The notes beneath the pieces are model-generated. The model was not told the origin of the DNA. It saw nothing but the letters and a program-made list of their open reading frames with translations, and made no database searches. The position numbers and the translations under genes are program-made. Shown piece after piece: positions 22,023 to 34,000 of a DNA stretch of 64,000 nt. Each line of letters begins with the position of its first letter. Position 1 is the first letter of the stretch. Origin of the DNA: Macrostomum hystrix (taxonomy: Eukaryota > Animalia > Platyhelminthes); the NCBI GenBank assembly GCA_950097015.1, contig CATNEN010000025.1, forward strand, positions 9,362,001 through 9,426,000, in the 5' to 3' direction.

Positions 22023-23048
22023 ATGACGACACTCACCTCAGAAACAGGTACCTTTTAACTATTTTGTTTTTTTGGTACATGATGGACTGGACATGAAGCA
22101 TGCCTGAAATTTTTCGCAATTACCTTCTTTTGCTACCTTTCTAAGAAAAGGCTCAATTGAAGAACAGCGGTTTGACACTGAGTTAAGAAAGATAAGAGGA
22201 ATATTTCGAACGATGCTCTAAGCACTGACTAATGACGACTCGTAGTAGCTGGCTGTTGGCAGTTGAATATTATTCTGCTGAGGTCGGTAAATCAAATGCC
22301 AACTAACACCATCAACAGCGGGAGATATGGACTAAGTCTTTATGGATAATAAAATGAGCTAAAAACAGTTTATGAAGTACGTTAAAAATTTAGTAGTGAC
22401 AGTGTGCAGCAAAAAAGTATGCTTTGGCTCTAGTAAAAAAATAAAAATAATTATATACTACAGTGTAGTTTGCGCCGATACGCTACATTATAACTATTAT
22501 GGAAGCTCACTATTAACTACTTTTTCGCAGAGCAGGCCAGACTAAAGTACGTCAGCGGACCGCAGAACCTGGTGATTCCCAGCGCCACCCGCCCCAGCCG
22601 AGGCGCTGTGTCGCATCAGTGGCGCGGGCCTGGCTTCTACCAGTCCGAGACTCACCGATTCACCGACCCGCCACAGGTGACGCGAGACCCGGTCGGCCAG
22701 GGCCTGGACAAGACCGCAGCCAGCTCCGGCTGGCCGAAGGGCGGCTCCTCCTGCCATGCCGCTGAGCACTCGCCGGCGCCCTACGCGGAGCGCTGGCGCG
22801 GCCGGCCGGTGTTTTTCTCGGCCGAGCATCAGTCGCTTAGCAACGAGCATCCGGCCGGGCCGGTGGCAGCGGACGCCAGACTGTTCTACAACGAGGACGA
22901 CTGGGAGAAGTACAAGTACATGCTGGCTAGTCGGGATATTCAACGAGTCGAAGCTGGCGCCGCACAGACTGCCGAGAGCGGACTGAGTCAAGGGGATCGA
23001 GAAGGGCGCAATCCCTACAAACCCAAGGAACGAGTCTGGTACTTTTGA
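22023..23048 (+). CDS. Two-exon hypothetical protein, ~180 aa (MTTLTSETEQARLKYVSGPQNL...FYNEDDWEKYKYMLASRD...RVWYF)
   Basis: join(22023..22047,22531..23048): G|GTACC donor and TTTTTCGCAG acceptor, both phase 1. The second exon is GC-rich. The first exon assignment is tentative. Confidence 0.65.
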
Positions 23049-23408
23049 GCAGCCCGTATGAGCTGTTCACTCGAGACAATGAGAAGCAAATCTTTAACGA
23101 AAATATTTCTATCTAATTTCTATCTAATTCGTACCATTTGGGTGACCGAGGACAGAAAAATGATCCATTGGGAGATGGCATACAACAGTACACGTTGAAG
23201 AGTTCACAAATTTATTTAAAATATGCTTGGGTCGATTGAATTTGCAAAATATAACGCCGTTTTTTAAAGTGCATTATTAAAAAGCATTATGATGCGACTA
23301 GCTTCATAAAGTTAATAAATACAGTGTCCGCTTTTCTGTTTTAAATGCAATTATTATTAATGTTCATGGTCCGAATATTGATCCAAAGTGGTTCCCAAGC
23401 TCACAAGA

Positions 23409-23900
23409 AGGTGAGAGGGGAATAACGTGAGAGGGGAAGAAGTTGAGAAGGGAAGAATCTGAGAGGGGAAGAAGTTGAGAAGGGAAGAATGTGAGAGGGG
23501 AAGAATCTGAGAGGGGAAGAATGTGAGAGGGGAAGAATTTGAGAGAGGAAGAATTTGAGAGAGGAAGAATTTGAGAGGGGAAGAATCTGAGAGGGGAAGA
23601 ATGTGAGAGGGGAAGAATCTGATAGGGGAAGAATCTGAGAGGGGAAGAATTTGAGAGAGGAAGAATTTGAGAGGGGAAGAATGTGAGATGTGAAGAATGT
23701 GAGAGGGGAAGAATGTGAGAGGGGAAGAATGTGAGAGGGGAAGAATGTGAGAGGGGAAGAATGTGAGAGGTGAGGAATGTGAGAGGGGAAGAATGTGAGA
23801 GGGGAAGAATCTGAGAGGGGAAGAAGTTAAGAAGGGAAGAATGTAAGAAGGGAAGAAGTTGAGAGGGGAAGAATTGGAGAAGGGAAGAAGGTAAGGAGGA
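23409..23900. repeat. 16-bp purine-rich minisatellite (gagaggggaagaatgt)
   Basis: Direct reading. Confidence 0.9.
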
Positions 23901-25535
23901 AAGGTTAGTGATGAATGTGAGAGGAGAAAAAGTGAAAATGAGAGGTGAATTATTTATTACTCTAAATTATTGAATAAAAGAGTGTCAAGAATTGTCAGAA
24001 ATGAGAGTAGGACACGCCTTCCCGAGTGACTCAAAAAATGACTAAATATAAATCAATAAAAAATGGGCTGATCCAGAAAAAGTCTTTCAAATTTTCAAAT
24101 TCAGAGAAAATGCCAAATTACAAGTAGCTACAGCTCAGATACAATCTGTTCTGTTCGTTGAATTCCTTTCATAAGTAATATGTATATTTGCAGTGAATTT
24201 GTATTACTCGATAATAAAGGTTGAAGATGTACAATGAGAATGTGCGGCTGATCGCTGGCTAAAAGAGTATTTTATAAAAAAGAAGAAAAGTTGTCTAACG
24301 ATAATAAAAGTTCAAATCATTCACTTGTTGCTTAGATGAAACTGATGACACGGAAACTAAAGAAAAAAACGTGGACAAGAAGCGCGAACTATCGAACAAC
24401 AGATTGAGACAAAACAATAATAATAAAATTGTATTGACGGGGGCCATTTAATAAAGCCACACCACTTATGCTATCATAGAAACTGGAAGTAGAAAGAAAC
24501 AATTGTCTAATCATTATGCCTAATTTAATTTTTCTTAGACAAAACAAAAATAGTTCGTAAACAAAGAAACGCGAAATATGCTACTCATCACTGCGGCTTT
24601 TAGTAGTATCGGCGCGGAAGATACGATCGGATATATCTGTGTTTGTAGATTTATACATTATCACTTAACTAACAATCACTAGGCAATATACATGTAGTAA
24701 ACTTAGTGCACAAAAGGAAATACGCTTGTAAAAAAAGTGGAAAATTATTTTGACAAAAAAACTCAAGAAGCGAAGCATTTTGATTCTCACAAAGTCATTT
24801 GCTTTTTGAAAAATTGATGGATAAAGCCTTTGCAATCTACTGTTAGTAACTGATGCGCACATGGCATTTTTGTTGACAGGGAAAATATTGTCGGAAAGTA
24901 TATTTTAATAGTTTTATTCTAAATCTTCATATTCAGAAAAAATACTCCAATTGTTAAGTAGAAATCGTTCTTGTTAAATTGACTGACAAGTGAATTATGC
25001 ACTTCAAAACTCCTAATGAGGCGTACAGGAAGTCAATATTAACCAACGGAATGGGTCTGCCGCTTGTATTGATAATCGAAGTTATTAGAAGGCGAACTCA
25101 GTCTTTCCAGGTTTCCTTTGTTCAGACTTGAAAGAATAAAATAGCTTTTCGGTCTTGAAGGCGAATGAGTCAACAAAAAGTAGAAAGTAAATTAATAAAA
25201 TAAATTTATGATAGACTTGAAACGAATTCTATTTATACAATTCAGTGGAGGTAAACTGCCATCACAGAGGAATTAATAAAGAAAATAAACAAAAATAGGC
25301 GAAAAATCCAGATCGACTAAAGTTTCCAAAAAGAAAATAGCATAGTTTCAATTGCAAAGTTAGACACACGTGTGCAAGGATTACGGTCTGAGGAAAGCAA
25401 GTGTGCTTGTGCGCACGTTTTAAAAATAAATATTAATTAAAGAAAATATATGCAACAAATCATAATCCAATATTATTATCTGAGAATAACGATGCGCTCC
25501 ATTTCGATGTTGTTACTCTGGTCTACATGAGATAG

Positions 25536-26110
25536 ATGAGGATGGGTGAGGGCGAGGATGGGTGAGGGCGAGGATGGGTGAGGGCGAGGATGGGTGAGGG
25601 CGAGCATGGGTGAAGGCGAGGATGAGTGAAGGCGATGATGGGTGAGGGCGAGCATGGGTGAAGGCGAGGAGGAGTGAAGGCGATGATGGGTGAGGGCGAA
25701 GATGGGAGAGGGCGAGGATGGGTGAAGGCGAGGATGGGTGAGGGCGAGGATGGGTGAAGGCGATGATGGGTGAGGGCGAGGATGGGAGAGGGCGAGGATG
25801 GGTGAGGGCGAGGATGGGTGAGGGCGAGCATGGGTGAAGGCGAGGATGAGTGAAGGCGATGATGGGTGAGGGCGAGGATGGGAGAGGGCGAGGATGGGTG
25901 AGGGCGAGGATGGGTGAGGGCGAGCATGGGTGAAGGCGAGGAGGAGTGAAGGCGATGATGGGTGAGGGCGAGGATGGGAGAGGGCGAGGATGGGTGAAGG
26001 CGAGGATGGGTGAGGGCGAGGATGGGTGAAGGCGATGATGGGTGAGGGTGAGGATGGGAGAGGGCGAGGATGGGAGAGGGCGAGGATGGGTGAGGGCGAG
26101 GATGTGTGAT
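25536..26110. repeat. 16-bp minisatellite (gatgggtgagggcgag)
   Basis: Direct reading. Confidence 0.92.
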
Positions 26111-26361
26111 GGCGAGGTGGTATTAAGGAGAGGGTGACGGGAAACTTGGGTGGCTTTAAATGGGTAATATGCGAAAGTCTACAGAGTTATATAGAAGAGA
26201 TTCTAGTGAGACGGCGAGCAGAGGGCGAGGAGTCGGCCAACAGGACGACAGGACAAAGCGGGAATTCGCACCTTCTATCTAATACTATTCAGCGGGAGCC
26301 GCAGTTCCAGGCTAGTAGGAAGTGCTGACATTTGTTAGGCAAAAACAAGCAAAGGATTTTG

Positions 26362-26656
26362 TCAGTGACTCAGCGACGGATCACCATCAGCCACGCGTTG
26401 CAATCGACGATTGCGGAACACGGTGGCGTAGAGGGTCTCGCTGGAGATGTTCCCGACTGAATTGTCAGCCCGAGTCGCTTGACAACCGCCTAGCAGCGGC
26501 TCCGGCAGCGGCGGCGGTGAAAGTGCCAGATCTTCAGTTTGCGCCGAAGCGGACACTGTAACAGAATTTGGGCCAGCCAGCTTCGCCAAATGAGCGCCAG
26601 ATAATGATGCCGAAGGAGTCGAAGTTGCCGATGCGGGTCGTTGTGGACGGGCCAGT
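26362..26656 (-). CDS. par-3: par-3 predicted terminal exon (...SETLYATVFRNRR...SLSH*)
   Basis: CCACCCAG acceptor at 26657-26659, phase 2 matching the upstream donor, stop at 26362. Confidence 0.6.
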
Positions 26657-27985
26657 CTGGGTGGATGGAAGGCCGGGCGAATGCAGCAGGATTAGAAAGA
26701 GCGAGAGACGGAAGAATAATGCTCGGATTGGGAGTGAAAGGACTGGGGTGGAGTGACAGAGAAAATTATGGATTTGGAGTGACAGAGAAAATTATGGATT
26801 TGGAGTGACAGAGAAAGTAACGGATTTAGAGTGACAGAGAAAGTAACGGATTTAGAGTGACAGAGAAAGTAACGGATTTAGAGTGACAGACAAGGTGACA
26901 GATTTAGAGTGACAGAGAAGGTGACGGATTCAGAGTGACAGAGAAGGTGGCGGATTTGGAGTGACAGACAAGGTGACAGATTCAGAGTGACAGAGAAGGT
27001 GACGGATTCAGAGTGACAGAGAAGGTGGCGGATTTGGAGTGACAGACAAGGTGACAGATTTAGAGTGACAGAGAAGGTGACGGATTCAGAGTGACAGAGA
27101 AGGTGGCGGATTTGGAGTGACAGACAAGGTGACAGATTTAGAGTGACAGAGAAGGTGACGGATTCAGAGTGACAGAGAAGGTGGCGGATTTGGAGTGACA
27201 GACAAGGTGACAGATTTAGAGTGACAGAGAAGGTGACGGATTCAGAGTGACAGAGAAGGTGACGGATTCAGAGTGACAGAGAAGGTGACGGATTCAGAGT
27301 GACAGAGAAGGTGACGGATTTGGAGTGACAGAGAAGGTGACGGATTTGGAGTGACCAATTCAGTAGCCAATTCTTATTGGCTACTGGAGTAAAAATTTAT
27401 CTTCGGTAGTTCTGATTAGTTGATAAAATACCTGGTTGACCTTTTTTACATCGAAGAGTTGGCTCACTAGTGCATGAATTTTTCCATCCGAATTCTGATT
27501 GGCCGACGAAATCATGAGCTCTACCTTGATTCTGATTGTCGGAAGAAAATATGAAATTTCCTACTCGAGCTCTAATTGGCTGGCAGAATTTTAATTAGCC
27601 AGTCGATAGAAATGGGCTTTTTAACCTCGATTTTGATTGGCTAGCGAAATAATCAACATTTTACTCTGTATTTTCATAATCGGCTGGTAAATTTCGCTTG
27701 CTGTTTTCGTAGTATCGTTGAGCTCGTTAATTATACTCAATATTATATCGTATAGCTCACTTGATTTGATGTGATTTGATGTGACTTGACGTGAATGGCA
27801 AGGCGTGAATAATTTGACGTGAATGGCATGGCGTGAATAACTTGACGTGAATGGCATGGCGTGAATGACTTGACGTGAATGGCATGGCGTGAATGACTTG
27901 TTGCGCTTTTAACTCACCGAAAAAGTCCACGAAGGAAACCGCGGTTTTTTGCCTGCTCTCGGGCAGCTGCAACTGCAGTTTGTTG

Positions 27986-28016
<31 letters not shown>

Positions 28017-31000
28017 TGTTGCTGCTGCTGCAGTCGATTTCGCCACCAGTTCTGATGTCCGCCGCCGCCAATGGCACCAACAGCCGGATGAGGCGAAGTG
28101 GGCGATGTCGCCGATGTTGCAGCATTATTGGAGGGGGTTCTAGACTGCTGAAGCAGCTGGGGCGGCGGCGCGGGCAGAGTGGGAGTCTCGTAGTCGTCGA
28201 TGGCAGCGGCGCCGCTTGAAGAGGGCGACGAGGCCTGGCTGCGGCTGGCGATGCTCTGCGGCCGGAGCCTGCGCGGCGGAAGCAGCGGCACTGAGTCCGT
28301 ACTCACAGCTCGGCGAAGTGTGACGCTTTGCTGTTGCTGCTGATGCTGCTGCTGATGATGATTTTTTCGGTTTGGTCCGATAACTGGCGCGTGGGCCAGC
28401 GCAGTTGCTCTGGCTGTAGGGTGGGGTAAAAATCAAATGCTATTTGCAGGAAGTGCATTACAGGTGTCTAACGGGTCTCGATAATTGCTGTCGCCAAAAT
28501 ATGTCTAACAGTTGTCTAACAGGTGTCTAACATGTCTAACATGTCTAACAGGTGTCTAACAGTTGTCTAACATGTCTAAAATGTCTAAAAGTTGTCTAAC
28601 ATGTCTAACAGGTGTCTAACAGTTGTCTAACATGTCTAACAGTTGTCTAAAAGTTGTCTAACAGTTTTCTAACATGTCTAACATGTCTAACAGTTGTCTA
28701 ACATGTCTAACAGGTGTCTAACAGTTGTCTAACATGTCTAACAGGTGTCTAACATGTCTAACAGGTGTCTAACATGTCTAACAGGTGTCTAACATGTCTA
28801 ACAGGGGTCTAACAGTTGTCTAACATGTCTAACAGTTGTCTAACATGTCTAACAGTTGTCTAACATGTCTAACAGGTGTCTAACATGTCTAAAAGGTGTC
28901 TAACATGTGTCTAACATGTCTAAAAGGTATCTAACAGGTGTCTAATTTGTGCCTAACAGGTGTCTAATATGTGCTTAAGAGGTGTTTAAGGGGTCCCGAT
29001 AAAATCTGTGAGTAAAAGAACTGTCTAACAATGTTTTTAACAGGTGTCTCATAACTGTCTAACAGTTATCTAGGTATCAAACAGGGGCTATATCTAACAT
29101 ATATCTAACAGAACAGTTAAGTTAGGATGTTTCATAGGTTCCTGAGTCTAAGTCAAATTGGTGTCTGTCTAACCTTTTTGTTTGTTAACAGAAGAATATT
29201 TTAAAGTAGAATCTCAAAAAAATTGGATGACATTTAAATTACTTGTAAATCCCTTTTAACATCTGCTTTAGCCTTGTTAAAAGAAAAACGAGCTAAGCGA
29301 GGAGACCAGGCGGCGATTCTATTTTTAGCAACATTGACGACGATAAAGGATTCTCCCGTGCGCAGCCAGAATCAGCTGGCAGACGGGAAATTCTTCCATT
29401 TTAGTGTTTAGTCCCGCCAAAGCCAGCCTCGATCTGATAATATCGCCAGCCGAGGGGAAAAACTGGCGATGCCTTGGGGCAATGAAATTGATTGCGAGCC
29501 ATTAGAAAATAATTAGAATTATTGGCCCCACGCTAAGACTATGGAGTAAGGAGAGGGGAGCGGGGTGGGGTCGAGAGAGAACAGGAGAATGGGGAAAAAG
29601 TGCAGCGAGCGTGAAGCTTGATTGAATGAGGATGAGATTTTTCGGGGAACGAAGCAACTGGCTGGTTGGTTGTAAGGTGTGGCACTTTTAATAGAGAGCT
29701 AATTTTGGAACTGCAAAAGAACAATGAGGCACAGGATAGTAGAGATTTAGCGGAGAAGAGGACAATAAATCCAAGAGAAAAGCAAGCGAGAAAGGGATGG
29801 GAGAAGAAAGACAAGATGGTCGAGGAGAAGAGAGGGGAGAAAAGGAGAAGAGTGGGGAGAAAAGGAGAAGAGTGGGGAGAAAAGGAGAAGAGTGGGGAGA
29901 AAAGGAGAAGAGAGGGAGAAAGGGGAAGAGTGGGGAGAAAAGGAGAAGAGTGGGAGAAAGGAGAAGAGTGGGGAGAAAAGGAGAAGAGTGGGGAGAAAAG
30001 GAGAAGAGTGGGAAGAAAGGAGAAGAGTGGGGAGAAAAGGAGGAGGGAGAAAAGGAGAAGAGTGGGGAGAAAAGGAGAAGAGTGGGGAGAAAAGGAGAAG
30101 AGTGGGGAGAAAAGGAGAAGAGTGGGGAGAAAAGGAGAAGAGAGGGAGAAAGGGGAAGAGTGGGGAGAAAAGGAGAAGAGTGGGGAGAAAGGAGAAGAGT
30201 GGGGAGAAAAGGAGAAGAGTGGGGAGAAAAGGAGAAGAGTGGGAAGAAAGGAGAAGAGTGGGGAGAAAAGGAGAAGAGTGGGGAGAAAAGGAGAAGAGTG
30301 GGGAGAAAAGGAGAAGAGTGGGGAGAAAGGAGAAGAGTGGGGAGAAAAGGAGAAGAGTGGGGAGAAAGGAGAAGAGTGGGGAGAAAAGGAGAAGAGTGGG
30401 GAGAAAAGGAGAAGAGTGGGGAGAAAAGGAGAAGAGTGGGGAGAAAGGAGAAGACTGGGGAGAAAAGGAGAAGAGTGGGGAGAAAAGGAGAAGAAAGGGG
30501 AGAATGACACGCAAGGGAAGCAAAGCAGTAGGCAGTGGACAGAGGGCACTAAGTGAACTGGAGTTGTGGCAAAACTATCAGAGATTTATCGCAGATGGTG
30601 AGTGAGGTCTAGAGGCAGTCAAGTTGTGTTTGCGAGCTAAAAGACAAGACCAAGAGACAGCTGCAGATAAGACAATGTTGCATCAGCACAGGCTCAATAA
30701 TCAATCAAGTTTTGCTTCTTCATTCTGTCGCAGAAACTCCAGGCATGAGAGCCTTCCACACTCTTTTGACACAAAGTCGGGATTTGCTATTTGGACTTAA
30801 AAGATATTGCGGAAGGCAATAAAAATAGTTGACGGCGGGACTAGCTATGCCTTACATTAGATCAGTCGAAGCCTCGTCACCTTAGCACCATAGCAGCAGT
30901 AAGAAAATAAAAACAATGATTAGACTCACCGCTAAGATCACTAATGGACTTTTTGAGCTGCAGATCCTTGTAGAATGTCAACTGCCTTGGGTCCACAAAT

Positions 31001-34000
31001 CTGCCTTCACCGACGCCGCCACCACCATCGCAGCCGCAGCCGCCGCCGCCGCTTTTCTTTTCACTCATGGAGCGTCTCCCGAGGCCATTGCGAACGAATG
31101 GCGACGGTCCGAACTCTGCGTTGCTGAAAGTTTGCGAAATTATTGCTAAATTAGATATTGTTTTTAGATTAGTATAGTTACTTTCACTACTTTGACTCTT
31201 TCCACTACCTACTTCACAGTCTTCTTTTTTGCTGTCACCTCTTTTACAGTATACTATCCTCTCAACTGACTACTTGTCCCCTTCTCACTCTTCTCTCTCC
31301 TCTGTCCACTTCTCACTCTCTTCTCTCCACTGCCTACTTCTCACTCTCTTCTCTCCACTGCCTACTTCTCACTCTCTTCTCTCCTCTGTCTAAATATCCC
31401 TCTCCTCTGAACTGACTACTTCTCACTCTCTTTTCTCCTCTGTCTAACTCTCCCTCTCCTCTAAACTGACTACTTCTCACTCTCTTCTCTCTCCTCTGTC
31501 TACATCTCACTCACTTCTCTCCACTGCCTACTTCTCACTCTCCTCTCTCCTCTGCCTACTTCTCACACTCCTCTCTCCACTGCCTACTTCTCACTCTCCT
31601 CTCTCCTCTGTCTACTTCTCACTCTCCTCTCTCCTCTGTCTACTTCTCACTCTCTTTTCTCCTCTGTCTAACTCTCCCTCTCCTCTAAACTGACTACTTC
31701 TCACTCTCTTCTCTCTCCTCTGTCTACTTCTCACTCTCCTCTCTCCTCTGTCTACTTCTCACTCTCCTCTCTCCTCTGTCTACTTCTCACTCTCCTCTCT
31801 CCTCTGTCTATTTCTCACACTCATGTCCATCCCCTGCCGACTTTCCACTGTCTCTCACAGTGCATTGACGCGGTCAGAGAACAGGAGATTGTCAACGGAT
31901 GCGGACATCCGACTAGCCGCAGATAGATTGCCGTCGAGAGCGCCGACGCCTCGACCAACAAGAGCCTGATGGGCAGCGGTTGCACTGGGATTGGACGATC
32001 GGTGGAATAGTTGAGGTCGAAATGCTGGCTGTTGCTGCTGCTGCAGTTGAAAAGATAAAAATTGTTTTATCAGTAGAAAAAACACGCGGGTATTTTGAAT
32101 ACCAACTGCCTATTTCACGATAACTCCCAAACCAAATGATCGATTTTCGTGAAAGTCCACTTTTCAATGAACTAACTTGCATAGGCGTCCGACATCAGCA
32201 TTGTCGAGATATTCAGCAATTATTGTCGGAGACCTGGTGACAAGGACAACTGACATCCAAGCCCTCTATGGCGAATCTATACGTGTATTGGTCCTATAAT
32301 CTGAGTCCATCTGTCTTAGGAACCTTTTGTAGGATCCCTGCGACTGATTGACATTGTTTGTGGAGCCGACATAGTTACATTATGAAATTTTGTGAGCAGA
32401 AAAACTTTGCCTATATTGGTGGTTTTTGCCACCAGACACCACAATGAGAATCGTTGAATATCTCGATTTATTATTCTGGAAGTTGGCAGATTTTCAAGGC
32501 GATCGGTCGAATATTTTAGGGGATACTTAAACAAGAAAAGGTGGGCATATGAAATATCCCTGTGGTCGTTCTACCATAAATAAACTGGGTATATTTAATT
32601 TATCCCAGCTGATTGACAGGTGACAAACCAAAGACCCTTCGCTCAGCTTACCAGGCCTCCTGGCGAACGAGGCGAATGAAACAGCGACGATGCCTGCGCT
32701 GACGGCGGTGGCTGGTGCGGCGGCGGAGGCGGCGGAGGCGGCGGCGGAGTCGGCGGAGTTTCGTGAACGTCGGCGCTGACCGTGACACTGCCGGAGCTGC
32801 CGATGCTACCAACAGCCAGGGTGGCGTAGGCTGGTGGAGCCGGCACTCCCGCAGAAGCTGCAGCAGCGGCGGCCGCGGCTGTTGACGCGGCTGTCCAGGG
32901 TCGCATTCGACCTTGACGTCGTCGGGCGATTAGAAGTCGGACCCGGCCGCCACCGTTGGAAGCGGAAGCCGCCGCGTGGACGGCACGGCGCAGGACGGAC
33001 ATGGCCGCCGGACTGCCCAAGCCAGCTAGCGGTGTCCCGTTCACAGACAGCAGCTGGTCGCCTTCGCGAAGTCGACCATCCTGAGTTCGGGTTTGAGTAT
33101 GAGCATGTACACAATGCTCCGTTAGAAAAAATCTATAGTAACTTCCAATAAGTTCTGCCAATAAATCCGTTACTCTGATCCAACGACCGTTAACTCTGGT
33201 AAAACATTCGTTAACTCCGTTAACATCCGACAATGGCACAATATCAGTTGGTGACACTGGACCCACAGCCAGCGAGGAGGCAATTCTGCCCATTTCGCTG
33301 ACTCGTGAACACGCACACAGATACCGTACGCAGGCACACGCTCAAACAGGTGTGTACATCTGCCCTAACTTTCTCATCGTCGGGCAGTGTATACTCTCAC
33401 TGTGCCTTAGAGGTTGACCCTCTATGACGTAAATTGCACGACAAGCCCCCAAGCCTTCTCTCCGCGGCTGCGCCCCAAATAAATGTGGCCTCGCCGTGGA
33501 ATCGAACTTAGGGACCGTGGTGTGAGAGACAAACGCGTTAACCGCTCTGCCACTCACCCACTCACCCACTGTCTACTCTCTTCTGTCTACCCACTGTTAA
33601 CTCAAGTCAAGCATCCGTTAACTCAAGTCAAGCATCCGTTAACTCAAGTCAAGCATCCGTTAACTCAAGTCAAGCATCCGTTAACTCAAGTCCAGATTCC
33701 TCACCAAGTCTGCGGCGCCGCCTTCGATCACTGTCTTGATGAAGACTCCAGCTTCGGCAGCGCCAGACGCCGGTCGACATTTGACGCTGACGCCGAGGCC
33801 GGCGCCTGCGCCCGCGGCTGACGAGGCGGCTGTCCATTGCTGGCCGAGCGCGATGTCAATTGAGTAAACCATCTGATCGTCAGGACTGACGGGCTGGTTA
33901 GCGCTCTGAGTTAATTTTGAAGGAGTCATTCTTGTTGGCCAGGTCAAGGCTGGGTCAGGTCAAGATTGAGTCAGGTCAAGATTGAGTCAGGTCAAGATTG

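Noticed and set aside
28498-28970. CTAAC-AG-GT recursive-splice-like motif array
   Set aside because: The motif is on the + strand, antisense to par-3, and no + strand transcript is evident.
32643-33293. N-terminal 70 aa of the 216-aa ORF (MGRIASSLA...)
   Set aside because: Derived from a SINE tail and intron; the same peptide appears at 61150 from another SINE copy. Only 32652..33080 is exon.
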